Assembly: GCA_045159875.1 (NCBI GenBank)
Contig: CP067995.1
Coordinates: 192,001 to 256,000, forward strand
Origin: a cyanobacterium endosymbiont of Rhopalodia gibba
Lineage (GTDB): Bacteria; Cyanobacteriota; Cyanobacteriia; Cyanobacteriales; Microcystaceae
Reading direction: 5' to 3'
Length of the DNA: 64,000 nt
Of this stretch, positions 1 to 12,784 are shown one piece after another. The notes under the pieces are model-generated. The model searched no databases and was not told where the DNA came from. It saw only the letters and a list, made by a program, of their open reading frames with translations. The stretch's first letter is position 1. The number at the start of each line of letters is the position of its first letter. The position numbers were made by a program, and so were the translations under genes.

Positions 1-520
1 AACAATTTAAATAAGTATGATGTCTAGAAAAAATATTTAAACCAGAAGTAAACACTTAGAAAATAAAAAACATTTAAAAGTTAATATAAATATATACTTT
101 TTTAAAATAAACTTAGAGTAGAATGGAAGCTAATTAGAAGTAAAATTATAAGTTACATCAGAGAAAAAAGAACTGCTATGATAGGCTAAGACTACAAACA
201 ATTTATATTTTTATATTTTAAAAAATACTAATATAAAAAAATATTATAAAATTTAACTTTAACAGTAAATAGATAATGGCTGAATTTAGTTGACAAATAT
301 TTAGTAAAATATATAAAGTAATCTAAAAAAACTTAATTAATAAGATTTGACTGTAAATGTAATCATAGAAAAAAGAGTAAAATTTATTCAAAAAATACTA
401 GAAAATATTTGCCAGTTTACTCTCTAAATTTAGAACTAAAAAACATATATATCAGGAGAAACTCTTTGCTACTAAAAGTATTTTAAGATATTTAATAGAA
501 TAAAAAAATATTACTAAATT
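1..520 (+). mobile_element. Heavily decayed IS630-family transposase fragment (DDE C-terminal part), approximate limits
   Basis: Manual translation gives KYLPVYSLNLE near 403-435, resembling the YLPxYSPxLN motif of IS630 DDE domains; many stops and frameshifts. Confidence 0.35.
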
Positions 521-2491
521 ATCTTATTTTTTCAGCAAAATAAAAAATATTGGCATAAAAAGTATGATTTTAAACTAATTTTAAGAGTACATTGCCACAA
601 GTAAAAGCACCTTTTTTTTAAAAGTACTTTTTCCTACTAAGCTATTAACTGTAATTTTTTTTCATATTAGATAATCAAGTGGATAAATCTAAAGAAGGCT
701 ACAATAGAGAAATAGTTTAAAAAAGTAATTACTAGATAAAAATAGGACTTAAAATCCAACATCTAGTTTAACTTTATTCTATAAACTAATAAGTTTAGAA
801 CTTCTCCTTAACCAGAAACAGTTTGTATTTTCATGAGATGAATCTTTAAATATCTCAGATAAACAACCAAAGCTTGAATATTTAGATTCAGCAATCACAT
901 ACCAAATATAGAGATATAAATAGTATTTAGCTGTCGATTTTTTTATGATAGTTCCGATAGCTATCTCCTATTTTAATAACTCTTTTCATTTAATAGCTCA
1001 ATTTTCTAATTTTTATTTTTAGCAATTACTTTCCGTTTTTAGACAAATTATCTTTGACTTTATCTGTTAATATTTACAATTAATTAATTATTATTTTAGA
1101 TGATATAAAGAATTGAGTACAATTTTTGCGTTAGCTTAAATTCTACTCAATATAGATCATAATTATTTGAAAATTTTATGGTCAGCTTACGGAATTATAA
1201 TCTATCTTGCTGACAATATTTGCCGATGACTAACTTGTTTATTTTTTGACCTATAATTTTATTTTTAAAAAGAGATTTTAGTTCAATTTTTTATAAAATT
1301 TTTAGGTTGAATTCAGTTTAGTTAATATTTTAAATATTGTATATTTTTAGCTTTTATTCCCTAAGTAAGAGGCATTGTTTATGCTAAATATCTTCTTGTC
1401 TTATAAGATTGATAGTACTCTATCTCAGAGTATTTTAAATAGTATTTATGGATATTACTGGTTTGATTAGATAAATTGATTAGTGGTAACTAATAACTAA
1501 TAAAATATTATTATTAGCAGCAATTATAATAGTTTATTAAATTTAATACGCATTTATTGTTTTTGAAACAATATTTTGCAATTCCTAGTTTAGAAAATAG
1601 TTATCTATATTTTTTTTGTCAAATAGTTAGATAAAAATTTTATTTAATTGATCATTAATTTGATAGTTTTTTAGACGTATATTCTATATTTATTTGCTTT
1701 TGTTAATTAATAATTATTGTTGCTTACAATATTCTCATAAATATTATTAATTATTTTAAATCAGGATAATTAGTTTAGTGAGACTAGCTGATGTAGCTAT
1801 CGGATTATTAGCTCTTAATTTAGAAAGTTAAATTATTCATTTTTCTATCATTCTGTTGATTTATTAACTGATTCTATAATTATTTTTTTAAAGAAAAAAT
1901 TATAGAAATGTATGGTATAATCTATTTTTGAGATAAACGTTTTTAACAGTAAAAAAAAATAGTTTCTTTGTTCAACTTTTTATCGACTATAAACATTAGT
2001 TTAGGTTAAAATTTTAGCTATTAGTTTCTGTATTCAAATCAACGGTATTTATGAATTTTTAAAAAAATTTACATTTCATTCAAATTATTTTAAATAGTTT
2101 TTTAAAACTCAAGTCAATTTATATTTTATTTTAAACATCGATTAATATGAATAAAAATTTAAATTAAACGACAATCTGGTTATGTTTTCTCCAAAGTACT
2201 AAAAACTAAACTTGATTAACAGATTGAAAAACTATTTATTCACAAACTATCTCAGTATCATAAAACTATACATATTGAAAGTTCGGCAAAAGATAACCTC
2301 TAAAATAGAAATTTTAACGCATTTTAATATACCTAAATTTATTTATAACAATAAAATTCCAAGGAATAAGACTCTTCTAAATTCAAGAAAATAGAAAAAT
2401 TGAATCGATACAAAAAAAATAGAACCAATTATATTCAAATATAGGGGACTTCCCACAAATTATCAATTACTAATTAGAAATCAAAAAACCT

Positions 2492-3331
2492 ATGTCTAAA
2501 ATTCAGTGGTACCCTGGTCATATTTCCAAAGCAGAAAGACAACTTAAAGAACAATTGAACAAAGTTGATGTTGTTCTTGAAGTTCTTGATGCGCGAATTC
2601 CTCTAGCTTCTCACCATCCTCAAGTTCCTCAGTGGATAGGCGAAAACCCTCGAATTCTTGTGCTTAATCGCGTAGATATGATACCGGAATTTGTCCGTCA
2701 ACAGTGGATAACCTGGTTTGAACATCATGGGGAAACGCCCTATTTCACTAATGCAAAACAGGGAAAAGGGGTGAAAGCTCTCCATAAAGCTACTCAGACT
2801 ATAGGAGTAGCTATTAACCGACGAAGACGTGATCGCGGAATGCTACCTCGTCCAGTTCGCGCAGTTGTTATTGGATTGCCAAATGTGGGAAAATCTGCCT
2901 TAATTAATCGTCTTTTGGGACGTAAAATCGTCGCTAGTGCTAGAAGTGTGGGGGTAACTCGTCAAGTGCGTTGGGTTCGTATTTCTGATACTATTGAACT
3001 GTTAGATGCACCAGGAATCATCCCTAGTAACTTAGAAAATCAAAAAGATGCTGTTAAATTAGCCATTTGTGAGGATATTGGGAATGCAGCTTACGATAAT
3101 CAACATGTAGCGGGTGTTTTAGTTGATTTTCTAGTTGAGTTAAACTTTAAAGAAATTTTGCGATCACGTTACCATATTGATCTCCTGGGCATGACGGGGG
3201 AGGAGTACATTCAAATCTTAGGTCATAAATGCTATCAAGGGGATATTGAAAGAGCAAGTAGGCAGTTATTGAATGATTTCCGCAAAGGACTTATGGGGTG
3301 TATTCCTTTAGAATTACCACCTATGAAGTAA
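2492..3331 (+). CDS. rbgA: Ribosome biogenesis GTPase RbgA/YlqF
   Basis: N-terminal IQWYPGH, DARIP, G1 GLPNVGKS, G3 DAPG; circularly permuted GTPase. Confidence 0.95.
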   Translation: MSKIQWYPGHISKAERQLKEQLNKVDVVLEVLDARIPLASHHPQVPQWIGENPRILVLNRVDMIPEFVRQQWITWFEHHGETPYFTNAKQGKGVKALHKATQTIGVAINRRRRDRGMLPRPVRAVVIGLPNVGKSALINRLLGRKIVASARSVGVTRQVRWVRISDTIELLDAPGIIPSNLENQKDAVKLAICEDIGNAAYDNQHVAGVLVDFLVELNFKEILRSRYHIDLLGMTGEEYIQILGHKCYQGDIERASRQLLNDFRKGLMGCIPLELPPMK

Positions 3332-3365
3332 CTAATGATATTAACACTTTTAAAGAATACTTAAC

Positions 3366-3408
3366 ACAATGGTCTTTTTTAAACCGCAGGTTTAAAAAAG
3401 ACCGTTGT
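3366..3408. terminator. Stem-loop downstream of rbgA
   Basis: Perfect 15-bp stem GGTCTTTTTTAAACC / GGTTTAAAAAAGACC (3371-3403) with a 3-nt loop, 40 bp after the rbgA stop. Confidence 0.7.
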
Positions 3409-4743
3409 ATTCAAAAATCAGAGAGTTCATTTACTCTTTTTCGAGAGAAAAAAGGAACATAGACGGGAGTAGCTATTAATGAATAGTTACAAAGTAAACT
3501 CTAACTTTTAGCTAAGTTTCCAACTACACTTTAAATATTAAAAATTTATATTTAAAGTGAGTGAACGTCTTAGAGACTTAATAATTTTTGCTTATCTACT
3601 ACTTGAAAAAACTAAGCTACCCTCTATAATTTTAATTTTTAGAGTTTTTGATTAGCTTATTTAAATGAGAAACTACTGGAAAGTTGGGAATGACTCCAAA
3701 GATAGATAAGAAATAACTAATTTTGAATTAACAGTAAAAGGAAACCCATTATAAGGGTAGACTGTGGTGAATTTGTCTAGACCGAAATACAAATTTTTTA
3801 AAAGTAATATTTGATCAATTCTTAGCTCATATAATGTTGTTATTGTTTGATCATAGTCAACAACGGTATTTATAGTCTTATTTTCTATTACTAATTTGGT
3901 TGCGGCATAAGAACCTAGAAAAACGATAATAATGAGTGCAGAGATAATTGCGATTACACGAAATCCTTGAATTTAATCTTTTGACTAAGAAAAGAAGAGA
4001 CGGTATCTTAATTGGTTGTCTCTGAAACCTTCCGTAATTATTTAAAAATAAATTAGCGAGCCAGATGATTACAGATTGCTAAATCTAGAGTAGGCAACAA
4101 AAAGAAAGCTCCTATTTTGTAAGCGAAACTTACTTTACCGACGAGGAATCAGCTACTTTGAGCTGTAGCTATAACGGATAAAACAGTTTAAGAGTTAAAG
4201 TCATGACTATCTAGTAGGTAAGTGAACTTAAATAGTTTCTTATAGTTAATTCCCTTACAATTGCTTGATTATGGGAGTTGGGAACTAAACTAACTGATCG
4301 TAACATAGGTTCATTCGAAGATAACTAATAATTGACCAGTTGATTGGCTTGGAAACAGAGGACGTCAAAATGAGATCTTCTGTTGTTCTGAGGAAGTATA
4401 AAGGCTAAGGCGATTACCCGATAATCATTGAATTACTATGAAATCTTTCATTAGCGGTTAGTAAAACTAGAAAAAATTAAAGATTAATGCTGATGTTTCA
4501 ATTTTTACTCGTTTAACAATTAAATTTTTACCAAAATGTTTCCTAATACTTATTAGGGGAGATATTCGATGAGGTCCTCTATGGTTTTTAATTTACTGTC
4601 TAGGATTAAATTGAAACGGCTAACCAATGAGGACTAGTATTTTGCAGTAACGGGATATAATTAAAGCGGTTGGTAAGTTGGTAAGTTTGAGTTCTATTGC
4701 GAACCTATTGCAAATAACGTGGAAGTGATTCAATGGATAAACT

Positions 4744-5136
4744 ATGGGGAGAATCATGAGTAACATATCAAAATTTCAAGCAGCTGCAACTATGATGACT
4801 AGAACGCCCCCATGGGGAACTGTAACTATTTTAGAGAAGGGGAATGGTTACTGCATCAATCGCATTGTAGTTCAACCTGGTGAACATATCAGCACTCAGA
4901 TGCACTGTCATCGTAGTGAACATTGGATTGTTGTTTCAGGAACTGCTAGGGTTATTTGTAATGGACAAGAAAAACTTCTCAAACAAAAAGAATCTACTTA
5001 TGTTCCCATGAACACTCGTCACCGTATTGAAAATCCTGGAGTGATTCCGTTGGTGATGATTGAAGTGCAAAATGGGGAATATTTGGAAGACGATGATATT
5101 ATTCGTTTTTCAGGTTCTACTGAACTTATGGTGTAG
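4744..5136 (+). CDS. Stand-alone cupin of the type II mannose-6-phosphate isomerase (ManC C-terminal) family
   Basis: PWG, QMHCHRSEHWIVVSGTA, HRIENPG and IEVQNGEYLEDDDIIRF motifs. Confidence 0.85.
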   Translation: MGRIMSNISKFQAAATMMTRTPPWGTVTILEKGNGYCINRIVVQPGEHISTQMHCHRSEHWIVVSGTARVICNGQEKLLKQKESTYVPMNTRHRIENPGVIPLVMIEVQNGEYLEDDDIIRFSGSTELMV

Positions 5137-5154
5137 AATCAACTAGTGAAATAC

Positions 5155-5560
5155 AAAGTTAAGAAACTTCTGAGTTAGAAATTTACAAAATTTTTGGATC
5201 CATAGGTTCTCCTTTAAATCAACTTCAATTTATTATTGATACTTTCTCCAATCCAACACCCAATTATTTCATGGATTTTTTAGGATAATAGACAAGCTTT
5301 TTTACACCAATCAGTTAATTATAATAACTCTGATATCCTGTATGAGTTTTTCCCAGAAATTTTTCTTAACTTTATCCTTATGATTGGTGTATTTTTGAAA
5401 GAACTTTTAGATTTTTTTGTTTCTATAATTTCTAATATCAATCTCGAGAGAGATGGCTTTCTCTGTCTAAAGTGAATCTTTCATGATTAATTCATCATCT
5501 TCATAAAGTTTTCTAATGGTTAAACTATAATAAACACAAATTGCTGTTTCGTATTGAAAT
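5155..5560 (-). mobile_element. ISL3-family transposase remnant, copy 1 (large internal deletion)
   Basis: Minus strand reads AICVYYSLTIRKLYED (N-terminal part) and ESINNKLKLI*RRTYGSKNFVNF*LRS (ISL3 C-terminal EGINNKLKLIKRxAYGFRNF motif); shares AATCAACTTCAATTTATTATTGATAC with the 59 kb copy. Confidence 0.8.
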
Positions 5561-6199
5561 CTTATTCATTGAACTTAGTCGAGCATTTAATGCTATTGAT
5601 TTAATTAAAATAAAGTTGTCGAGTCTAGCATGATTTAATTATGACACAAAACCTGCTATGGTGCTAGCTATATAACTATAGCTTTTGACAAGCTTAATTA
5701 TTGCCAATAATACTTTGTATTTATACTTTTAATTCTTATATTATAAGTTCGGAATAATTCATATTCAGAATAAATAGATAAATCCAACACTACGAGTTAG
5801 TACTATTCCCAATCTTCTCTTAGAAAAAGTACTCAGATCTGACATAAAATTTTATAGATTATAAAGATAATAAATTACTTTTATTCAAATTTAAACCTTT
5901 TAAAGTAAAACGCAAAGCTAAATTTGGAAATCAACAATCAATAGGACTTAAAGCAATTTTCTTGATTATTACTAAATAATCTTCAAATTTAACAAAACTC
6001 CTGATAACAAAGATTATGTCTTGATTTTATAATATTTAAAAAAATATTAAACGTTAGTATGTTTTTAGCAAAAATGAATTGATTTTCTCTGAATATTAAG
6101 TAACTATTCTAGAATAGCGTTATAGTCCAAAAATTATTCAAGAAATAATAGAAAATTTCTTGGACTATCCGTTGATAATTTTAACTTAATTGTAAAAGC

Positions 6200-6520
6200 A
6201 GTATAAAATTGAGAAATTTTTAGTTGTCGGTAAACAGGAACTATTTCCTATTTTTTCTGTTTCATCCAAGAAATGTCAGGTTAGTAAACTACACCCTTAA
6301 CAAGGAGAAATTACGTGGTGAAATCAATCTCAATTTCTATTTTTTCTTGTTCAACTCGGATAGCTAATTATCTGATTAATTTAAAGTTTTTTCTTCCCTT
6401 TTCTGGAACAGTTGTTGTTACAATAATAACTGATTTTTAGAGATTTTTTCCAATTAACTACTCTTGATTAAGTTAATAAAACTTAGAAAATTCGGGAATC
6501 TATTTAGATTTAAAATAATG
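6200..6520 (-). pseudogene. Uma2-family endonuclease pseudogene
   Basis: Minus strand reads GRKNFKLIR*LAIRVEQEKIEIEIDFTT*FLLVKGVVY*PDISWMKQKK, matching the Uma2 pattern ...FDSSTGFxLPNGAxRSPDxSW; several stops. Confidence 0.65.
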
Positions 6521-6779
6521 TTCCGAGTTTATAAAAAAAGTTAAATTTTAATTTAATCTAAAAAATAGATATACTCTCTTAGTATTTTTTAGTAGAAATA
6601 TTACATTATAGTTTAATAATTCATCTTAAGAACAGAGGTATTTTTAAAAATTTAATATTAATTTTTTTTATATTTAAAATTAAATCAATATCTTAAATCC
6701 AACATCTCTAGATATAATAATTAATTATCACGTGCAATTTCTTTAAAAACCATTTTTCTAAAAAACTATTTAGAGAACA

Positions 6780-9239
6780 ATGTCTACGGAACTATCAGAT
6801 TGGATACGCTTAGATAAATCTCTCTCAATTGAAGCAGAAAGCGGTTACACTGACCTTCAGGGAAATCAATATCGCTTTAGTGAATTTTTATGCCTTAATT
6901 TTAACAAAACTCCTCCTCCAGGGACTTCTGCTAGTGATCATAGTCGCTGGCAGGGTTTTGCAGTTAAATATGCTCAATATCCTCAATTATATCTTTCTCA
7001 ACGCCAGAGTTTAATCAGCAAAACTCGACAGTTTTTACATGAACTTAAACTTTCGTTAGAAACTGCTTCTGAATCACCACCTCCTAAATTACCACGAACT
7101 GTTTCTCTGGCACAAAAGCTAGCTTATCCCCACAAAATAACTTTAGAGCAATCCCTTAGTACTTTAGTAGAAGTAGGCTACAAAAAAGGCGAATTGCTAA
7201 AAAAACTAGGATTGTTTACTGTTAAAGATATACTGTTTTATTATCCTCGCGATCATATTGACTATGCCCGTCAAGTGAGCATTTCTCATCTTAATCCAGG
7301 GGAAACAGTAACAATCGTAGGAAGTGTAAGAAAGTGTAATTGTTTTACCAGTCCCAAGAATAAAAAATTAAGTATTTTTGAGTTAATTGTACGAGATAAT
7401 ACTGGAAAAATTCAACTCAATCGCTTTTTTGTGGGAATGAGTTTTACTAATCGTAGTTGGCAAGAAAAACAAAAACGACTCTACCCTTTAGGCTCTATTA
7501 TTGCTGCTTCAGGATTAGTTAAAAAGAATAAATACGGCGTTACTTTAGAAAACCCAGAAATTGAAGTTTTAGATAGTTTTGGGGCAAACATAGAATCTTT
7601 AAAAATTGGGCGTATTTTACCAATATATCCCTTAAAAGGAGGTGTTCCTGCTGACTTAATTAGACGGGTCATTGTGAGTTGTTTAGGAGCAATCAAACAA
7701 ATTAGAGATCCCCTTCCCGTAGCCTTAAGAAATCAATACGGATTAATTACACTAAAAGAGGCGATCACTAATATTCATTTTCCTCAAACTACTGATCTTT
7801 TGACTCATGCCAGAAGACGGTTAGTTTTTGATGAATTCTTTTACTTACAAGTAGGGTTTTTACAACGTCGTCAAGAACAAAAACAAATAAAAAACAAGAC
7901 ATTTTTTGTCCCAAAAGGGAAATTAATAGAAGACTTTAATAAAATATTACCTTTTAGTTTAACCAGCGCACAAAAACGAGTAATTAATGAAGTTTTAGAT
8001 GATTTAAATTTATCAACTCCAATGAATCGTTTGATACAAGGAGATGTAGGATCAGGAAAAACAATTGTTGCCGTATTTTCCATATTAGCAGCTATTCAGT
8101 CTGGTTATCAAGTTGCTTTGATGGCTCCAACAGAAGTATTAGCAAAACAACATTATCGAAAATTAGTATCTTGGTTTAACCTTTTATATTTACCTGTTGA
8201 ATTACTAACTGGCTCAACAAAAATAGCTAAAAGAAAAGAGATTTATAGTCAATTACAAACTGGAGAATTACCTTTGTTAGTGGGAACTCACGCCCTCATT
8301 CAAGACAAAGTAATCTTTCAAAGATTGGGGTTAGTAGTAATTGATGAACAGCATCGATTCGGGGTGTATCAACGGGCTAAATTATTAGCTAAAGGTGAAT
8401 CTCCTCATGTTTTAACTATGACAGCTACTCCCATTCCTCGTACATTATCATTAACTTTACATGGAGATTTAGATGTTAGCCAAATTAATGAATTACCTCC
8501 AGGAAGACAGCCTATTGAAACCACAGTATTGATTGGCAAAGAACGCGCCAAAGCTTATGATTTGATTCGGCAAGAAGTCGCTCAAGGAAGACAAGCTTAT
8601 ATTATTCTTCCCATGATTGAAGAATCAGAAAACTTAGATGTTCGTGCCGCAGTAGAAGAACATAAAAAATTATCCGAAACTGTCTTTCCTACGTTAAATA
8701 TTGGATTACTACATGGCCGTATGAATTCAGTAGAAAAAGATGAAGTTTTAACTAATTTTAGAAATGATAAAAATCAAATTATTATTTCAACAACGGTAAT
8801 TGAAGTGGGTGTTGATGTACCTAATGCAACGGTAATGTTAATTGAAAATGCGGAACGGTTTGGACTGTCCCAACTACATCAATTAAGAGGAAGAGTAGGA
8901 CGGGGTTCCCATAAATCCTATTGTTTGTTAATGAGTAGTAGTAAAACTCCTGATGCACGGCAACGGTTAAGTGTGTTGGAACAGTCCCAAGATGGTTTTT
9001 TTATATCAGAAATGGATTTAAGATTTCGCGGGCCGGGAAGTGTTTTGGGAACCCGTCAATCAGGATTACCTGATTTTGTTTTAGCAAGTTTAGTTGAAGA
9101 TCAAGAGATTTTGGTATTAGCTAGAACTGCTGCGGAAAAGATTGTTATAGCCGATAGTCATCTAGGAGGAATGCCATCCTTGAAAAAAGAGTTAGAACAA
9201 CGCTATAAAAAACTAATGGGAGTGAATGTTTTAACATAA
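6780..9239 (+). CDS. recG: ATP-dependent DNA helicase RecG with cyanobacterial N-terminal extension
   Basis: QGDVGSGKT, DEQHRFG, MTATPIPRTL, QLHQLRGRVGRG. Confidence 0.97.
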   Translation: MSTELSDWIRLDKSLSIEAESGYTDLQGNQYRFSEFLCLNFNKTPPPGTSASDHSRWQGFAVKYAQYPQLYLSQRQSLISKTRQFLHELKLSLETASESPPPKLPRTVSLAQKLAYPHKITLEQSLSTLVEVGYKKGELLKKLGLFTVKDILFYYPRDHIDYARQVSISHLNPGETVTIVGSVRKCNCFTSPKNKKLSIFELIVRDNTGKIQLNRFFVGMSFTNRSWQEKQKRLYPLGSIIAASGLVKKNKYGVTLENPEIEVLDSFGANIESLKIGRILPIYPLKGGVPADLIRRVIVSCLGAIKQIRDPLPVALRNQYGLITLKEAITNIHFPQTTDLLTHARRRLVFDEFFYLQVGFLQRRQEQKQIKNKTFFVPKGKLIEDFNKILPFSLTSAQKRVINEVLDDLNLSTPMNRLIQGDVGSGKTIVAVFSILAAIQSGYQVALMAPTEVLAKQHYRKLVSWFNLLYLPVELLTGSTKIAKRKEIYSQLQTGELPLLVGTHALIQDKVIFQRLGLVVIDEQHRFGVYQRAKLLAKGESPHVLTMTATPIPRTLSLTLHGDLDVSQINELPPGRQPIETTVLIGKERAKAYDLIRQEVAQGRQAYIILPMIEESENLDVRAAVEEHKKLSETVFPTLNIGLLHGRMNSVEKDEVLTNFRNDKNQIIISTTVIEVGVDVPNATVMLIENAERFGLSQLHQLRGRVGRGSHKSYCLLMSSSKTPDARQRLSVLEQSQDGFFISEMDLRFRGPGSVLGTRQSGLPDFVLASLVEDQEILVLARTAAEKIVIADSHLGGMPSLKKELEQRYKKLMGVNVLT

Positions 9240-9270
9240 AAATTATAATATTAAAATATTTAAGAATTTA

Positions 9271-10070
9271 ATGATACAGTTCTTTAATCTAATCGACTGT
9301 TGAGGACAGTGTGCAGCCTTATTAGCAGCTTTGTTCTTATTAACAATTGTCATAGAAGGCAATTGATTCTCCGATGTTGGATTGCCAACAACAAGACTAT
9401 CATGGGTAAGCAGTATTATCGGTATTACGATTGGTTACAGTACTTATTTTACTACTTTAAAATGTTTCGGACTTAGATAAGCTTTACTAATGGAGACTTT
9501 TGCTCTCCCTTTCATCGCAATTTTAGTTTTTATTGTTCTTTGAAAATACCTTTGTCTTTTGGCTTAGTTGGGTATTATTTTAACAGTTTTAGGAGTTACT
9601 TGGGTAGTAACAGAACAGGTGGGTAATGACGCGATTGATTTTATTAATTAGCAACGAGGACTGATCTCTGGATGGTTTGCAGAAATCTGTCAGATAGCAG
9701 GGTTGTTTGTATCACCTTGCTCTTGACAAAACTGAAATTAGCTCATTATGGAGTACCTTATTGAGGTTATCTGAAGAAACTAGTATTCTACTATTTTAGC
9801 TCTATCAAAATCTTGCTTTTTTGTTAAACTTTCTGCCCTCTAAACTGACTTTTACTATAACCGAACCGGTTGTGTTTTTAGGCACTTACTTAGATATTTA
9901 ATTACAACAAACTTTTTTAAGATTTATAGTGCTAGGGATGGCTCAAGCCCGGACTTCTACTAGTCCCATATTCGTTCTGCAGATTGCAGTCAGTTTCGGC
10001 AATTGAGTCAGTGTAAGAAGAATTGTAGCGACAATCACTGCGATTTTAAATATTCTCTTCAAGAAACTTA
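9271..10070 (+). pseudogene. EamA/DMT-family transporter pseudogene
   Basis: Fragments SSIIGITIG, LGIILTVLGVTWVVTEQ, EISSLWSTLLRL and LGTYLDI*LQQT...TSPIFVLQIAVSFG; interrupted by stops and frameshifts. Confidence 0.75.
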
Positions 10071-10339
10071 AGATAACAACTGATAAAAAATATGTTCTGG
10101 AAAGTAGTATTAAGAAATAGAGTTAGTTAAATGTATAAAAATTAATTTCTTTAAAAAAATTAATAAGTATTTTAATCCACTAAATTTAAAAATTCTGGAT
10201 ACAATATATACGTTTACTCGCATAAAAAATATATAAGGTTTTTTAAAAAAATTGAATTATTTATCTAAATATAGATTTGACAAAAGAAATTTTTATATAA
10301 AAATCTGTATCTTACATTATTATTAATTTTTATAGGAAA

Positions 10340-11330
10340 AAATCTGGAACTTCTAGCTAAGAAATGATTTTAGTGACTTCGGTTCTTTGCTCACCAATAA
10401 CCGAAGAAGCTGTGTAAGTTTCTGCCTGACTGAGTTTAATACTGGTTAATAATGTAGTGTTTTCTGCTAAAAATGAGAGACTAAGGAGCATTACTACCAG
10501 TTTGATTTATGGCATAGTCCTATATTTTATCAGAATGATAACTATAATTATATATTTAATTTTATTTAAAACTGATAATATTTTCAGCCTGATGAAAGTA
10601 CTTAATACAGTTCTTATGAGTCCTTTTTTTTTCCGATCTCCACTCCTAACTTAGAGGATGAACAGCTTAACCTGATTCTTCCTCGCTAATATTTGGATAA
10701 AGCAAAGGGGGTATTTCAGGTGATAATAAGATTTTATAGGAGTTGTTGAACTCCTATCGGTGGGAGGAAAGTTAGGTGAAAACTATCAAAGTTACTGCTA
10801 GATTTAACTCCATTTCTAAGGTTCAAATTCTCTTAGAGAATATCCCAGAAAAATAAGGAGTTATATCATAATATTTGACTGTCTTCATATAAAAAGTGGC
10901 AAAAATTAAGCAAACAATCATTCCTGAGATTACTCCTTATTAGTTAGTTGGTTGATTAAATTATATTAAGATAATAACTAAAAAAAACTAGCTACTTTTA
11001 AGCTAAAAGTAAAGGCTACAATTTTGACAATAAACCCAGTCTGATAAAAATAAAAATCACGGTAATGCCAATTAGATCTCCTGGCATCATATGCCCGACT
11101 ATTTACCTTTTAGATTGACTTCTATGAGGATTAATAATTTAGTAGAAAACATCGTTAAGAATAGAATTTTAAATGACCTAGAATAACCCCGATACGGTTG
11201 ATACAACTTCTTTCAATTCTTTGTCTACTACTAAGGTAATTATCCAAGTGGCTAATTTAGCAACTTCTGGGGCAGATAAAATAATAACATTGCGGTTGAT
11301 ACTAATTTTACAATTTTTTATCGTGGGTTA
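10340..11330 (-). pseudogene. Decayed membrane-protein gene, possibly an ABC permease
   Basis: Hydrophobic fragments such as IILSAPEVAKLATWIITLV and GHMMPGDLIGITVIFIF; no intact frame; family uncertain. Confidence 0.3.
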
Positions 11331-11519
11331 ACTGAATTTAACTGAATTAGTTAATTACTATTTTTATTTAAAACCCGTAAAAATTTTTTATTTTTCTATT
11401 TTAAATTTTAAATCTAAAATAGAAAAAAACAATAATATTTAAATTCAAAATATTCAATTATATAGAAATTTTAACTATTTAAAAAAGAGTAAATTAATCT
11501 AGAAAATATGATAAATATA

Positions 11520-11760
11520 AAGGAATAAATGCGGTAGTTATTATTGAATAACGGCTCAGTACATGCAAGTGGTTTAGTTAAAGTAAAACTAAAAAATAAG
11601 CAGAAAAAAAATTATATCTTTTTTCCTCTAGATTTAGAGTATAGAAAGTGAATAGCATTAAATAAAAATTTAAATATTGTTGTAAGGACATTTCAATATA
11701 AATATGATTAAACTAAGATAGTTAAATAATGTAATGTATTGTTCAAAGCAATTATCTTTT
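11520..11760 (+). mobile_element. IS630-family transposase remnant (DDE region)
   Basis: Reads NNGSVHASGLVKVKLKNKQKK, matching DNGSxHxS of cyanobacterial IS630 transposases. Confidence 0.55.
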
Positions 11761-11769
11761 AATTTACAT

Positions 11770-12000
11770 TAAAACAATATGAATTCAACTTTACTTGCCT
11801 AAATATAATAAAATGTAAAATATTTTCTATTTTTATTTAAAATAATTTACTATAAAAAAATTCTGAATGACTGTACTATCGCCATTTAAATTTTTATCTA
11901 TAAGTCCAATATCTTGTGTTTAACTTCTTTGTGTTGTTTGAGAACCTTAAGACATATTTACTGAAAGTATGGATAATGCATGACTATAAACAGTAGATAC
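11770..12000 (-). mobile_element. Probable IS701-like transposase remnant
   Basis: DIGLIDKNLNGDSTVIQ; DNA similar to the 36700-36760 region (AATGACT...TTATCTA...CAATATCTTG...TTTAACTT). Confidence 0.35.
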
Positions 12001-12277
12001 ATCAGAAGAGGGATTTAGCTCAATTCACTTAACATACCTAAAATATAACAGCAGTTGTCAGATAATTCTGAAAAAGTCTGGGAAGGTATGATTGTACAGA
12101 GTTAGCTAAAAAAGTAAAAAAAAATTTATTTTGAACAAAGAGTTTTATAGATATCTATTAATTCTAGATAATTTAGACTTAACCGAAAAAAGTAAATTAA
12201 ATTCCCTGTCAAAAATGACTTAAAATTGTGGTTTACAATATCCTGGCTTTGCCTAACATTTTTTAAATTAAAAATTA

Positions 12278-12769
12278 ATGGAAAAGATTCAATGTGCGAT
12301 TGCTTTAGGGAGTAATTTAGGAAATTCTCTCAATATTTTAGAAAAAACTATCCAAATTTTTGAACAATTATCAGAAGTCTATCTTAAATCCTATTCCCAT
12401 TGGTATGAAACTATCCCCTTCGGACCTCCTCAACCAAATTATCTAAATGGTTGTGCTATCCTAGAAACCTATTTAGTCCCTGATAAATTGTTAGAAATCT
12501 TACTCAATATTGAACAACAATGGGGACGAGTACATCAAGAAAGATGGGGACCAAGAACCCTAGATTTAGATTTACTATTATATGGAGATTTAATTCTAAA
12601 AACTGATACGCTCGAAATTCCTCATCCCCGTATGATACAACGGGGGTTTGTCCTAATTCCTTTAGCAGAAATTTCTCCTAATTGGGTGCATCCTGTGAGC
12701 AAAAAGAAGATCGTCCAGCTCCTTGAGGAGGTAGACTGTTCTGGAGTCAGTCTTTACCAACCCAACTAA
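12278..12769 (+). CDS. folK: 2-amino-4-hydroxy-6-hydroxymethyldihydropteridine diphosphokinase
   Basis: IALGSNLG, RWGPRTLDLDLL, IPHPRM..RGFVLIPLAE. Confidence 0.96.
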   Translation: MEKIQCAIALGSNLGNSLNILEKTIQIFEQLSEVYLKSYSHWYETIPFGPPQPNYLNGCAILETYLVPDKLLEILLNIEQQWGRVHQERWGPRTLDLDLLLYGDLILKTDTLEIPHPRMIQRGFVLIPLAEISPNWVHPVSKKKIVQLLEEVDCSGVSLYQPN

Positions 12770-12784
12770 CTGATATGCAAATTC

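Noticed and set aside
2212..2394. 60-aa ORF upstream of rbgA
   Set aside because: TTG start, K/I/N-rich composition typical of AT-rich noise, no recognisable motif
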